From the IMG/VR virus record IMGVR_UViG_3300030688_000053: a stretch of 44,999 bases of DNA; one strand, 5' to 3'. Every line of letters begins with the position of its first letter. Positions within the stretch are counted from its first letter, which is position 1. The notes under the pieces were generated by a model. It worked only from the letters and a program-made list of their open reading frames with translations, had not been told where the DNA came from and ran no database searches. A program made the position numbers and the translations under genes. Of the stretch, positions 21,889 through 32,044 are shown piece by piece. Source of the DNA: a virus.

Positions 21889-22151
21889 TTGTCTGCCTTC
21901 TTGTCAATTTTGTCTTCGATGCGCTCCAACTTATTGAAGACCGCTTCAACGAATTTATGCAGGTCTGAGTTTGATGCGTATGTTTCTGCGACATGCAGCT
22001 TGTAATCCTGCAGATCACGATTGACGCCTTCACGCGCAATCACTTCTTCGCGCAGTTCGGCCTTCAGTACTTTGAAATTCCAGAACAAAATGGTCGCTAG
22101 GGCGGTGACAAGCAATTCGATAATCAGCCGGATAGTTTCGAGTTCGCTCAT
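21885..22151 (-). CDS. Single-TM protein with a coiled-coil tail (candidate holin)
   Basis: TM segment LIIELLVTALATILFW followed by a charged helical tail. It lies directly upstream of and overlaps the endolysin. Confidence 0.45.
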   Translation of the reverse strand: MSELETIRLIIELLVTALATILFWNFKVLKAELREEVIAREGVNRDLQDYKLHVAETYASNSDLHKFVEAVFNKLERIEDKIDKKADK

Positions 22152-22630
22152 TGCGCTACCTGTTCGTGATGGATGATTTCAACATCACTAAATTTGTATC
22201 CTTCTTTGCCATAACGTTGGGCCAGCCATACCGGCTCAGGAAGCGCGTGCACGCCCTCGTCCTTTCCGATGTGATGCGCCTTGCACAGCAACCGGCCGTT
22301 GACGTTCATGTCGTCGACGAAGCTATAGGGATTTGCCTCGTCGAAACTTCCCCAACCAAAGGCGGGAAAATCTTTTCTGATTTGCGATCCTGTCGACCAG
22401 TCGATCATCTCCGCGAACGAGCGCTCAATTGGGAAATGGTGAGCCTCAAGCGGATGTCCGGTTTCTTCAGCCGTGCAACCGCATACCCAGCAGCGGCCAT
22501 CTTCGCGCTCAATCAAATGCTTACGCGACTTCTCAAACAATGGCGTAGCTGATCCGCGCGGCGCATGCCCAGGCAAATTCACGTCCACCATGAACGTGTT
22601 TTTTTCTTCGTGCGTTTCTGTTACAGGCAT
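22148..22630 (-). CDS. HNH nuclease
   Basis: CWVCGC...LEAHHFP and NGRLLCKAHH. The ATG at 22630 has GGAG 8 nt upstream. The track start at 22642 is a TTG. Confidence 0.7.
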   Translation of the reverse strand: MPVTETHEEKNTFMVDVNLPGHAPRGSATPLFEKSRKHLIEREDGRCWVCGCTAEETGHPLEAHHFPIERSFAEMIDWSTGSQIRKDFPAFGWGSFDEANPYSFVDDMNVNGRLLCKAHHIGKDEGVHALPEPVWLAQRYGKEGYKFSDVEIIHHEQVAQ

Positions 22631-22646
22631 TGTTTGCTCCAAGCAT

Positions 22647-22674
22647 AAAAAATCCTGCGTGCGGCGGCCGGATT
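22647..22674 (-). terminator. Possible intrinsic terminator after the tail-fibre chaperone
   Basis: On the minus strand, AATCC...GGATT forms a stem with an internal GC pair block. TTTTTT follows. Confidence 0.45.
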
Positions 22675-22700
22675 CATATCATTCCAATTTCAGTATTGCG

Positions 22701-23228
22701 TTATGTCAGCCAGGTGATCGCCTGCACTGCGGCCACGGTAGTCGCAGCCCTTACCTGACCCTTATAGCCTTGTAATTTCGTGAAAGAAGCTTGCCCTTGG
22801 AGCAGCATGACACCAGCCAAGCCTTGCAATTGCGCGAAGGTCATGGGAACTTGAGCGTCATTTACGTCTTGCCAATAAAATCCAGCGGGCACCGCGCCTG
22901 GCGCAAGACACTTCGCGACGAGCAACTGGCTATCCGGATCGGCCTGGAAGGTCGTACCCATGTAGGCCACAGGGATCTGGATGGACGCGCTGTAGGAGGC
23001 GGTCAAGATGACAATTTGGTCGGCTTGTACCTGGGCTAGGGTAGGCGCTGGCGGATCGACTGCCACCGGGATACCATTTGCATCCGGCTGAATGATTTTT
23101 CCGGCGCTTTGCCCGTCAAGGGCGGCCTGCCATTGCGTATCGGTGATAGCCACTTTATCCGTTGGAATCGATTCGTGGATGCCATCATCGTAGAAGCCAC
23201 CTGTAGATTTTGAATAAAATTTTGACAT
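22701..23228 (-). CDS. Tail fibre assembly chaperone
   Basis: The gene lies immediately downstream of the tail fibre. The N-terminus MSKFYSKSTGGFYDDGIH is typical of this family, from memory. Confidence 0.65.
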   Translation of the reverse strand: MSKFYSKSTGGFYDDGIHESIPTDKVAITDTQWQAALDGQSAGKIIQPDANGIPVAVDPPAPTLAQVQADQIVILTASYSASIQIPVAYMGTTFQADPDSQLLVAKCLAPGAVPAGFYWQDVNDAQVPMTFAQLQGLAGVMLLQGQASFTKLQGYKGQVRAATTVAAVQAITWLT

Positions 23229-23237
23229 TGATATACC

Positions 23238-24830
23238 TTAGTTTCCAATCGCAACCGCGAAAAAATTCAGCGAAGATGCTGATGCTTGAGATGCAAAACT
23301 CACCAACGTTGGGTTGAGTGCTGAAATGGTGTAAGGCGTAGCTGCCCCTACTGTTTGTGTGAATGCTGTAATCGTCACTCCCAATATAGCATTGGGAAAT
23401 GCTATGGGAAAATTATGCGTGAGGCCAGTTCCAGCGCTTGCGCTAGTGGTGCCGGATTGCCATTGAATAATTAATCCACTGGGCAATTTTTGGTAGCCCG
23501 CAGATGACTTTACACTGGCAAAACTAGCTGAAAGTCCGATCTGTGCTGAACCAGCAACTGCGTACCAGCCGGAAGCTCCGTTGCTTTCTAGCGTCAGCGT
23601 GTCTCCATTACCAAGCGCGAGCGTAGTCGAAGTTGTAGAACCCGTGATGAGCGTGTCACTACCGGCGCGCGTTATCGTCGCAATACCGGTATTGATATTC
23701 AGGAATTCGATACGCTTGCCTGCGGCCACCGCTGATGCGGCGGGCAAAGTCAGTGCAATTGCCGACGCAGAATTCGCCAGTACAGTTCCACCCGCTACGC
23801 CAGCAGCAAGCGTACTTGTAGTGATAGCAGCTGTAATGCCATTGGCTTGTAGTCCCAGAGTTATAACCCCAGTCGCCGGGTTCTGCATCACCAGCGCGCC
23901 ATAGGTCGGGCTGTAGTTGTATTCGCCAGGGTAGCCAGCGCCTGGGTTATCACCGGCCACAAGCGCCTGATTATTACCCTTGACGATAGGGACCGAAGCC
24001 TGAACCGTGCCGCCGAGTGTCAGGACTGCCGTCATGGCGCCGGTATTCGCTGCCGCCGCGATGATCGTGAACGGCTGGCCGCTTGCGTATGCCGTTGGGC
24101 TCGTTGCAAATGAAGCGGTAATTGCATTCGCAGTTCCTCCAGCAGTGGCTATCCCCAATGTACCAGATACGACTTGTCCAGCCTGAATCGCATGTCCTGA
24201 CGAGGTTGCGGCCGGCACAGCTACTTCTGCGCGCGTGCAGGTCACCAATTCAAATCCGGAATAGGTAGAGTTCCACGCGATCTTCACATTTCCATTTGCG
24301 ACAATTTCATTTGCTGCTAGCGCTCCATTTGATCCGGTGAGCGGATATGATGTCCCATTGACAGTAATAGTGCTAGCACCAGTGTTGGCAGCAATTGCCT
24401 TGAAATAAAGCAGGGTTCCAGCGGCTGGAGTACCAGAGATGGCAGGCGAAGGGGCGATTGCATATGCATTGGCCGATCCGGTATCGGGGGCATAGCTTGG
24501 CGAATTTGATTGCGCCTGGCTGGCCTGTACGAATTCGCTCATCGTCTGAGCGGTCGGGCCGCAGAGTACGATATCACCAGCTGACCACGACAGAGGAGAT
24601 GATCCTCGCGTCACACCTGATACCGTGTCGCCCGAGATGGTGGTGTACATGATTACTTCATGGATGGAACCGGTCAATTGATCGGTGAAGATCAGACTCC
24701 CAAACTGGCCGGCCGCTGGCTGCGGTAAAGTTGCGCCAGCTCCCGAAGCAACAGAGAATGTTGTCGATGAAGGACCAATAGACCCCGCCAGTGTCGTGTT
24801 GACAAAATTAGAAAAAACTTCAGTGGTCAT
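23238..24830 (-). CDS. Tail fibre protein
   Basis: 530 aa, Gly/Ala/Thr/Ser-rich. The C-terminus GYQKLPSGLIIQWQSG resembles a conserved tail-fibre tip motif. The ATG at 24830 has GAGGG upstream. Confidence 0.75.
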   Translation of the reverse strand: MTTEVFSNFVNTTLAGSIGPSSTTFSVASGAGATLPQPAAGQFGSLIFTDQLTGSIHEVIMYTTISGDTVSGVTRGSSPLSWSAGDIVLCGPTAQTMSEFVQASQAQSNSPSYAPDTGSANAYAIAPSPAISGTPAAGTLLYFKAIAANTGASTITVNGTSYPLTGSNGALAANEIVANGNVKIAWNSTYSGFELVTCTRAEVAVPAATSSGHAIQAGQVVSGTLGIATAGGTANAITASFATSPTAYASGQPFTIIAAAANTGAMTAVLTLGGTVQASVPIVKGNNQALVAGDNPGAGYPGEYNYSPTYGALVMQNPATGVITLGLQANGITAAITTSTLAAGVAGGTVLANSASAIALTLPAASAVAAGKRIEFLNINTGIATITRAGSDTLITGSTTSTTLALGNGDTLTLESNGASGWYAVAGSAQIGLSASFASVKSSAGYQKLPSGLIIQWQSGTTSASAGTGLTHNFPIAFPNAILGVTITAFTQTVGAATPYTISALNPTLVSFASQASASSLNFFAVAIGN

Positions 24831-24831
24831 A

Positions 24832-25038
24832 TTATTGCCCTCGTTTAAATTTTTCTGCAGCATTTTTGATTCGTGCAGAATCGCCGCTAGTTACGGCATC
24901 CATGTACGAACTAACGGAATCATTTTCGCCCAATACCTTTTTCGCATCTGTCGGTGCAATCCCGGCTTTCTTTGCGATTTTTGGATTATGCTCCACCGCT
25001 TCCATTAGGCGGCGTTGTGCTTCGGACTTTGCAGGCAT
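24832..25038 (-). CDS. Small DUF3008-like protein
   Basis: The MPAKSEAQRRLM N-terminus resembles the DUF3008 start, from memory. 68 aa. Confidence 0.5.
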   Translation of the reverse strand: MPAKSEAQRRLMEAVEHNPKIAKKAGIAPTDAKKVLGENDSVSSYMDAVTSGDSARIKNAAEKFKRGQ

Positions 25039-25045
25039 TTTAACC

Positions 25046-25753
25046 TCAATGCGTAACTACGTTATATGTAAATTGGAATGGTAATTCAAGAACACCAGCC
25101 TCAACTGCTGATTGAAATATAGGCACAAGATCCGCACTAGGATAGGCTACATATGTCGAAATAAGCGCTCCATATGAACGCGTTCCATATGAAAAAGTGC
25201 CGTAACTCACAGATCCAGTTATGGTCCTTACTCCAGCAAAAATGCGGATGGTCACTACGGAACCAGCCATAGAAACACTAATGCGATAAGTCTGATCTAT
25301 TTGTCCTGCCGCGCCATTGACGCCAGTAAGAAATCTCATTACGCGACGTTTCAGCCAACGGATATTGAAAACTTTACCATCGCCTTTCCATAAAGCCCAG
25401 GTTCCGATTCTCTTGTAAATATCATCAGTTGTTTCGTAAAATATCGATGGCGTAACGACGCGATGAACAGCGTAAGATATTTTTCCGTAATAGACCGTTC
25501 CATATGGTCCTATCGTGTAACTGTCAGTTCTAGGCAAAGCTGGCCGAACAATATCGTACAGGCCAACCATCACCCAATCTAGCAAAGACCCGGTTAAATT
25601 TGGACCGGAATAAACCGGCAATTGCAAACCATTCAGTGAATCAAGATATTGCTGGCCAATGGCTGTGTATGCAATAAAAAACGCGCTAACGTTTTCATCC
25701 TCCCGGTACTGCTGGTATGGATATGCATATAGAAAGGTGGTTGCAGGCATCAT
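25046..25753 (-). CDS. Baseplate/tail-fibre-attachment protein (by position)
   Basis: 235-aa ORF between the baseplate J-size gene and the fibre. Assignment is by gene order only. Confidence 0.5.
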   Translation of the reverse strand: MMPATTFLYAYPYQQYREDENVSAFFIAYTAIGQQYLDSLNGLQLPVYSGPNLTGSLLDWVMVGLYDIVRPALPRTDSYTIGPYGTVYYGKISYAVHRVVTPSIFYETTDDIYKRIGTWALWKGDGKVFNIRWLKRRVMRFLTGVNGAAGQIDQTYRISVSMAGSVVTIRIFAGVRTITGSVSYGTFSYGTRSYGALISTYVAYPSADLVPIFQSAVEAGVLELPFQFTYNVVTH

Positions 25754-26965
25754 TTATCCTTGAACGATAACGATCCCGGCGCCCTGCGGATCGGTATAAA
25801 GATAGCTCTCATTATCGCCTGCAATGACGCCAGTTCCTGCGGTCGGAGGAACCGTTACTCCATTGATATTCACCACAAACGCCATGCGTGTGAGTAAGGA
25901 TTCCGGCAAAATTGATTCGATGGCAGTTTGAAATGTTCGCTGCAATACGAATAAGTTCATCGGCTGCGTGGCTTGGATCGAATTGACGTAGTTGACCAGC
26001 GCAGGCGTGGCAAGCTGGGCCACGGCAGAATTTGAAACAAGATTGGTGCTGTTGGTATTCCAAGTGATTGACATCGTTACGGTTTGCTGTGGCGGCGTAA
26101 CATAAGTCAGTGAATATGTATCAGGATAATCATTGATTGATACCGTAATATTGCGAGCTGTTGTAGCCGATCCGACAAGCGAGGAGATATCAAATAATGC
26201 GCTGTAAATCGCATATGCGACTTGATAGGGATCGCCGCCGCCAACAATCACTTCCCAGCCAGCTGGGGAGATAGATTGCTTGACAGCGATAAGTCTTGGT
26301 TGCACTCCTTGTATCTCAGAAACCAAGGTTTTAAGATAAGTCGGCATGCCTTGTGATGCGGCCCTCTGCGCCTGCAGCACGCGCGCCCGATATGATTGCC
26401 AAGTTTCCTCTGTCGCGCTACCTGGAGTCCCAGTATTTGGATTTGTAACCGTTATAGTGATCCCGCTTGGCACAGACGTAATCAATTGCGTGACGCTTCT
26501 GGCTGGGACTGCCCATGTTCCAGAAACTGACGCAAGAGCATATAAGCTCGATGAACTTCCCCCCATTCCAATGATTCCGCCGTCAACAATTGTGTATTGG
26601 TAATTACCATCCGAAACAACAAAACCAATCCCAATCACAAAACCTGCTGGGCCGGAAAATACAACGTTTACGCTTGTGTTCGTCGTCGCGTTTATTGGAA
26701 CTCCGCTTTGCTCTCCGATAGCCAGAAGTAAGGGAATATTCGCTTGTGCCGGAGTAATGCTATTGATCAGATCAACTCGCGCCGCATCGATTTCTATTAG
26801 TCCGCCGGTTGCAGTGCTCGCAAGATCCTCAACAAGCGAAGCTGGGAGTGTTGTTGTCAAGCCAGGAGCAAGAGCAGTCGCCGCATCCACCAGCGCCGCG
26901 CGCAAGTCGATTGGCGCCGTTGGCTGGGCTCCATCTTGTCCGATAATAATAGGGATATCGCTCAT
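25754..26965 (-). CDS. Baseplate J-like wedge protein (by position and size)
   Basis: 403 aa, following a 122-aa gp25/W-size gene. Assignment is by gene order in a contractile-tail baseplate module. Confidence 0.5.
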   Translation of the reverse strand: MSDIPIIIGQDGAQPTAPIDLRAALVDAATALAPGLTTTLPASLVEDLASTATGGLIEIDAARVDLINSITPAQANIPLLLAIGEQSGVPINATTNTSVNVVFSGPAGFVIGIGFVVSDGNYQYTIVDGGIIGMGGSSSSLYALASVSGTWAVPARSVTQLITSVPSGITITVTNPNTGTPGSATEETWQSYRARVLQAQRAASQGMPTYLKTLVSEIQGVQPRLIAVKQSISPAGWEVIVGGGDPYQVAYAIYSALFDISSLVGSATTARNITVSINDYPDTYSLTYVTPPQQTVTMSITWNTNSTNLVSNSAVAQLATPALVNYVNSIQATQPMNLFVLQRTFQTAIESILPESLLTRMAFVVNINGVTVPPTAGTGVIAGDNESYLYTDPQGAGIVIVQG

Positions 26966-26968
26966 CTT

Positions 26969-27337
26969 TTACACCGCAATTGTGGTTGATAGGCTCACGC
27001 CCACATTGGTCAGGATGTTGATCGTATAGGTCGGTGTGAGCGCGCCATTTTCATTGACTGCATCGCGCACCGGAACAATCTGCAAGCTGGCAAAATATTG
27101 AGAAAATTGTGACTGCACTTGTGCCACATAGAAATCGGGAAATATCTGCGAGATCACAGAAGGCTGTGCCGGTATGCCGTAATTTGCATAAAACGGTGAT
27201 TCTCCAAGTGCGAGTTTGAGCACTTGGATAAGCGTCGTTAGCCAAACGTAATCATCTTGGCCGTTTGCATCCGTAGATACCTCGGTCCAATCCCAAGTTT
27301 CAGTTGCCTGATTGTAGATTCTTCCCCAAGTTCTCAC
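26969..27337 (-). CDS. Baseplate wedge protein (gp25/W-size)
   Basis: 122 aa, positional assignment. Confidence 0.45.
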   Translation of the reverse strand: MRTWGRIYNQATETWDWTEVSTDANGQDDYVWLTTLIQVLKLALGESPFYANYGIPAQPSVISQIFPDFYVAQVQSQFSQYFASLQIVPVRDAVNENGALTPTYTINILTNVGVSLSTTIAV

Positions 27338-28059
27338 GGTGCGATGCTCCCTCCGGTGTATGGCGTGTTCGGCGCAGTTGTTATGGCAAGCGCGCCTTGT
27401 GCTGTATGTTGATGGCTATTTGCCCACGCGACAAAAGCCGCCCATGCTGCATGCATAATGGCTGGTGATGTGTTTGCTGTACCGTCCGTCATAGTTCCAT
27501 TGGAGCCATTTAATGACCATCCAGCCGGGGTCAATTCTAATACAGTTGTGCCAACCGTGACCTGAAAACTATTCGGCGTGACAATGGTAATGCTGGTCGG
27601 CGTCAACAGAAAAGTTGACGCGCTTGATGCGTCTCGAAGAGTTACTCCCTCCGGTCCATAGATCGTCACCACGGAATGATCCACATCTTGCCATGCAGTA
27701 TTTCCAATAGGCAAAAAAGTTAGTGCTGACAAGTTTGCAGGCTGGGCGAGTGTCGCAGTTCCGGCCGACTGCCCGGAAATACTTGCTATACTCGCCGCCG
27801 CTGGTATCAGCAAACCCTTTTCGCCCTCCTGAATAGGATAGCGCACATATTGAGCCCCATAGACCGGTGCCTTGATATTTTGAAGCGTGAAGCCGCTAGA
27901 CACTTCAAATTTCACCAGAGCGATGCCTTCAGATACCCATGAGATAAATGAGCATGGTAGCGCGCGACCGGTCATCTGAATCTGATCAAGCGCCTTGCTC
28001 TCCGCAAAACGGTTCATTGCATCAGAGAACGGCTTTTTTTGTGCGTTTGTCGAACTCAT
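27334..28059 (-). CDS. Baseplate central spike/plug candidate
   Basis: 241 aa, overlapping starts and stops with both neighbours. Positional assignment. Confidence 0.4.
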   Translation of the reverse strand: MSSTNAQKKPFSDAMNRFAESKALDQIQMTGRALPCSFISWVSEGIALVKFEVSSGFTLQNIKAPVYGAQYVRYPIQEGEKGLLIPAAASIASISGQSAGTATLAQPANLSALTFLPIGNTAWQDVDHSVVTIYGPEGVTLRDASSASTFLLTPTSITIVTPNSFQVTVGTTVLELTPAGWSLNGSNGTMTDGTANTSPAIMHAAWAAFVAWANSHQHTAQGALAITTAPNTPYTGGSIAP

Positions 28060-29003
28060 GATAGGACCGCATGCGCGTCAAATACTGTCACCCAAGCGTC
28101 TGCTGTTGGTTGCCGGGCATTACCTACATGGCGGATTTTGTCCACCTGGAAAACACCGGCGAAAACAGAGCCTTGTTTGAATTGAGAATAGGACTTTTGT
28201 GACAGCGTGGATTGCCCTGGCGGCATCTGAATGTAGTCGCCGACCGCGATATCGCCGCGCATGGCCGTTTTGAAATTGATCTGAAACAGGCTGAGCCATG
28301 TTGGTTGCCCGATCAGGTCGACAAAGGCGATGGGCGTCGGTGCCGTGGGTGTAGTGCCATCGTAGACATAAAATGTCCCGCTACGGATCGTGATTGATAC
28401 GCCCTGATAGTTGCCTCCGATGATGTCCTGGCTGGCCTGCTTCACATAGCTGGCAAACTGTCCAATCGTCTGGTAATACCCAGGTGCATCGTGGCCCAAG
28501 ACAAGGTTATCGGAGATATTGATGTTGTATGTGTAGCTGGGGAAAGCAATCGACAAAGTAGCCTTGATTGCATCGGCCAGCTTTGTGCCAGCGCCCCACG
28601 CTAGCACAAGGTTTTTTTCGTCTGCAATGGTGCCGCCATCAAACTGAACAATCATATCCAGCGTTTGAGTTGTTCCCTGCCAATTCCCAAATGCATTTTG
28701 TATTACGCCCTGCAATAGCAATCCTTGCTGCTTTGGATTCGACAGAGGCAGTCCCTTGGACATTCCACCAAACACGAGGATGCGGACACCATTAAAATTG
28801 AATCCTTGGGAGATAGCCGCTATGGAGATTCCCCATAGTCGTACAAACGCAGACCCGACAGGTAATGCCATTTCGACTACTGGAATATCCAATTCCACAT
28901 TCAAATAGTTAGGGTCAAACTTCCCATTAGGCATTGTCGTTATCGACTTCCCTATTTGATCCCCTGTACCAGGATCTTGAAAAATGATTTCGTAATATCT
29001 CAA
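28056..29003 (-). CDS. Baseplate hub/tail protein (by position)
   Basis: 315 aa, in the operon between the tape measure and the baseplate. Confidence 0.45.
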   Translation of the reverse strand: MRYYEIIFQDPGTGDQIGKSITTMPNGKFDPNYLNVELDIPVVEMALPVGSAFVRLWGISIAAISQGFNFNGVRILVFGGMSKGLPLSNPKQQGLLLQGVIQNAFGNWQGTTQTLDMIVQFDGGTIADEKNLVLAWGAGTKLADAIKATLSIAFPSYTYNINISDNLVLGHDAPGYYQTIGQFASYVKQASQDIIGGNYQGVSITIRSGTFYVYDGTTPTAPTPIAFVDLIGQPTWLSLFQINFKTAMRGDIAVGDYIQMPPGQSTLSQKSYSQFKQGSVFAGVFQVDKIRHVGNARQPTADAWVTVFDAHAVLS

Positions 29004-29266
29004 GGATTGACCTCGATGGTATTGCTTGATGCCCGATAGACCAGCGTCGATGAAAAAACGCCGGCTACCATATTGATGTCGTAGTCATCTGGCGATGCGA
29101 TAAAAGGACGCGTAAGCACCGGATTGGCCTGATTTGTAGTGATGAACAGATACCAGTCCTCTCGATAGACGTTCCATCGAATTTGCGCGCTGTACGTCGT
29201 GCCGTCGAGCGTCGGGGAGAACTGAAACGGAGTCAGCGCCGATGGCTGAAAAAGAATAGATGTCAT
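29000..29266 (-). CDS. Small tail protein (88 aa)
   Basis: Coupled ORF in the tail module. Confidence 0.5.
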   Translation of the reverse strand: MTSILFQPSALTPFQFSPTLDGTTYSAQIRWNVYREDWYLFITTNQANPVLTRPFIASPDDYDINMVAGVFSSTLVYRASSNTIEVNP

Positions 29267-30009
29267 TTCAACGCTCCGACGATGGTCTGCGACACGCCAC
29301 TAATTTGTGATGTTAGTGCGGCGGCAATGCCGTTGACCGATGACGTTACGCTGGCTGCGGCTGCCGAAACTGTAGAACCAATGCTAGTAGATAGTCCAGA
29401 CCAAGCTAATGGAGTAGCTACGCCGCTGCTCATTCTGCTCATCAAAGCGCCTAGCGCCTGCTGGGCTTGGGAATCCGAAATAAGCGGCTTTTCAAAATCC
29501 CAGCGAAATTGAGATTGAACCTGCGTTGGGTCTTCTGCTGTTACATCCGTAACCAACCTGAGAATTAACCCCGTCATCAAGCCGGACGGCATCGCAATGG
29601 AGTAGGTGCCGCCTGAATTATTGTGCAGATTAATGGCGGCAAACATCGATTGCATGGTCATCAATTTGCTGACGTAGGCCCCAGACCCCTTTGCTGGACA
29701 TACCATCAACATGGACAATTGTAGAGGCTGCTGCACCACGGCATTGGCCGCTACAGCTTGGTTGGCGAATGGATATGTGCCGATATCTTGACGGATGAAT
29801 TGCGAGCCGGAAAGTGGACGCCAGTGGGCGTAAAAATTATCCAGGCTCAAAGGGTCGCCACCTGACAGAAGCCCAGTGATGAAGTTGGCACCTTCGGTCA
29901 GGGTCACGATCGGCAGCATGCTCCCAGGAATGAGCGACGCTAGTCCATCCACCAGGACAACCGGCGAAATCTGGTATGCGAGCTTGTATGCAGAGGATAA
30001 AATCGACAT
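29263..30009 (-). CDS. Tail protein downstream of the tape measure
   Basis: 248 aa, positional assignment. Confidence 0.5.
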   Translation of the reverse strand: MSILSSAYKLAYQISPVVLVDGLASLIPGSMLPIVTLTEGANFITGLLSGGDPLSLDNFYAHWRPLSGSQFIRQDIGTYPFANQAVAANAVVQQPLQLSMLMVCPAKGSGAYVSKLMTMQSMFAAINLHNNSGGTYSIAMPSGLMTGLILRLVTDVTAEDPTQVQSQFRWDFEKPLISDSQAQQALGALMSRMSSGVATPLAWSGLSTSIGSTVSAAAASVTSSVNGIAAALTSQISGVSQTIVGALK

Positions 30010-30011
30010 GA

Positions 30012-31784
30012 TTAATACGCCAATTGGCTAGAAATAATATTCACGTTGCCGCCGGTGTTGTCATAGATCGACACGGTAGCGCCGCCTTTCGCATAAACTG
30101 TCGGCGGATTAGTCTTACTCAGGTATCCACTTGTCTCGGCCGGCAGATGGTTTTTCCAGTCAGCGCCATGCTTGGCGATCGATTTGTCCAGATTGCCTTC
30201 GCCCCAATTATAGGCCGCGCGCGCCTTCTCGTCGTCGCCCTTGTAATACTTCCGCAGGTTGGACAGTTTCTGTGCGGCGACTGCGGCAGATTCCTCAAGG
30301 TTATTCGGGTCTTTGAGCCCATATTCTTTCGCGGTTTTATCCATGAAGCCGAAATGGCCTTTAGCACCAACCGGTGAAAGCATTTTCTTGCCGCGCGATG
30401 ATTCAGCCATCCAAATTCGATCAAGCTCTCCCACCGCAAGTTGATATTTCTTCTCTAGAAACGAAAATTTCGCAGCTGCATTGGCTTTATTTGGTATTTC
30501 CGATAGATTGCCGCTTACGCTAGATTTTTCCTTTAGGCTTTTTTGATAATCATCATCAAATTTCCCATGCAGATTCCACCATGCAGGATGAAATGTAGTT
30601 TTCCCAGGCGTGCGATTTTCTGCTTTCTTTTGCTGCTCTTCTTTTTGGAGTTCGTACCAAGACTTTATCTTCCCCTTTTCAGAAGGAGTTTCTTTCGTTG
30701 GCAAATATCCGAAGAATTTAAGGATGTCGCCAATAGCTTTGCCGAACGCCTTCACGCCATCAATCGCGGCTTTGAAATTCTCCTGCGCCTCGGACGATCC
30801 CAGATAATTTGCGGCTTTCTCGATTCCACCGGCAAATTCGCTGATCCATTTTCCGATTTCAGGATTGCGCAATGCCACTTTGAGCCATTCAGCAAACGAT
30901 GCGGACAGTTTCGAAATGACGGGTGCCAGCGGCTCCAGGCCATCAATGAATACAGCCTGAATCTTTTCGCCGGCCCGCGTCAGTTGCGCATTCAGGTCTT
31001 GCCACTTGCGCAGGGTAGCGTCGGAGTTTCCGAGCTCTTGGCGGTCGGACTGGTATTGCGAGGATGCTTTTTGCAGTTCTTCAGGCGATAGTTTGGACAG
31101 GCGCGTCAGCGTAGCGATGTCAGCGAACTGCGTTAGGCCGCGCGCTTCGGCTCCCTGCACGGTGCCCCCGCCTTGCTTGAATGCTTGGACGAGACGCGGC
31201 AGCAGTTCCGGCAGCATTTCAGCCGGCGACTGAGAATTGATCTGACGCTGATTGAAGCCCAGCGAGGATAGCGTCCAGCGCTTGGAAAGGTCGCGCTGCG
31301 CCTCATTGATGCCACCCAGCGTTGAGTCGGCGTCGATATACCGGTTGTAGTTCGTGCGCGCGGCGCGCAGGTCGCCGGACGAGATGCCGAAGCCCTGCGA
31401 CTGCCGGCGCGCATTGTCGGCAGACCCAGCCAGACGGCCGATGCCGAACAAGCCGCCCGCGCCCAACAGGCCGCCAACCACGCCGCCAATCGACAGCATG
31501 CGCAGAAGAGACTTCACCGAGTTGGCGAGATTGCTGGCGATGTTTTTGGTCCAGCCGGCGACCTTCTTGAAGGAGGCGACCGACTTGCCAGCGGCAGACG
31601 ACATCGAGCGGACAGAGGCCGCGAACCCAGCGGCAGATTTGGCGCTCTTGGAGATTTCCCCGTTTGCCTTGGCCCAGTCGGAGGACTGTTTTTTTACCGC
31701 GTCTGCATATTCCTGGTAATCCTTCTGGAATTTGACGAATGCCGCGTCGTCAACATCAACGGTAATAATTGGCTTGTTGCTCAC
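30012..31784 (-). CDS. Tail tape measure protein with a C-terminal lytic transglycosylase (SLT) domain
   Basis: 590 aa. Gly-rich hydrophobic segment IGGVVGGLLGAGGLFGIGRLAG. SLT-like WMAESSRGKKMLSPVGAKGHFGFMDKTAKEYG. The gene follows the chaperone pair. Confidence 0.8.
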   Translation of the reverse strand: MSNKPIITVDVDDAAFVKFQKDYQEYADAVKKQSSDWAKANGEISKSAKSAAGFAASVRSMSSAAGKSVASFKKVAGWTKNIASNLANSVKSLLRMLSIGGVVGGLLGAGGLFGIGRLAGSADNARRQSQGFGISSGDLRAARTNYNRYIDADSTLGGINEAQRDLSKRWTLSSLGFNQRQINSQSPAEMLPELLPRLVQAFKQGGGTVQGAEARGLTQFADIATLTRLSKLSPEELQKASSQYQSDRQELGNSDATLRKWQDLNAQLTRAGEKIQAVFIDGLEPLAPVISKLSASFAEWLKVALRNPEIGKWISEFAGGIEKAANYLGSSEAQENFKAAIDGVKAFGKAIGDILKFFGYLPTKETPSEKGKIKSWYELQKEEQQKKAENRTPGKTTFHPAWWNLHGKFDDDYQKSLKEKSSVSGNLSEIPNKANAAAKFSFLEKKYQLAVGELDRIWMAESSRGKKMLSPVGAKGHFGFMDKTAKEYGLKDPNNLEESAAVAAQKLSNLRKYYKGDDEKARAAYNWGEGNLDKSIAKHGADWKNHLPAETSGYLSKTNPPTVYAKGGATVSIYDNTGGNVNIISSQLAY

Positions 31785-32044
31785 AGGATGCCCCTTGCTT
31801 TTATGGTTTCCGCTATTTTATCCATGGCGCGCAACTGGTGCCGCTGGCGAAATTCTTCCGCGTCTTTATAGCCTAGTTTCTGGTCAAACGACTCGAAATA
31901 GTCATAGAAACCTTCCTCCGACAGCCAGGTCAGGACGGAATGAGCGAGGCCATTTCCTTCCCGCCAGTAGCCTCGTCGGGCGTCGATGTCGGCAAAGAAT
32001 CTTTCAATTCCGTAACATTGAAGGATTCGATTCGCGCACCCCAT
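31781..32044 (-). CDS. Tail assembly chaperone, second ORF (-1 frame relative to 31930..32493)
   Basis: It overlaps the upstream chaperone ORF by 115 nt in the -1 frame and lacks a visible RBS. Its stop overlaps the tape-measure start. Confidence 0.5.
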   Translation of the reverse strand: MGCANRILQCYGIERFFADIDARRGYWREGNGLAHSVLTWLSEEGFYDYFESFDQKLGYKDAEEFRQRHQLRAMDKIAETIKARGIL

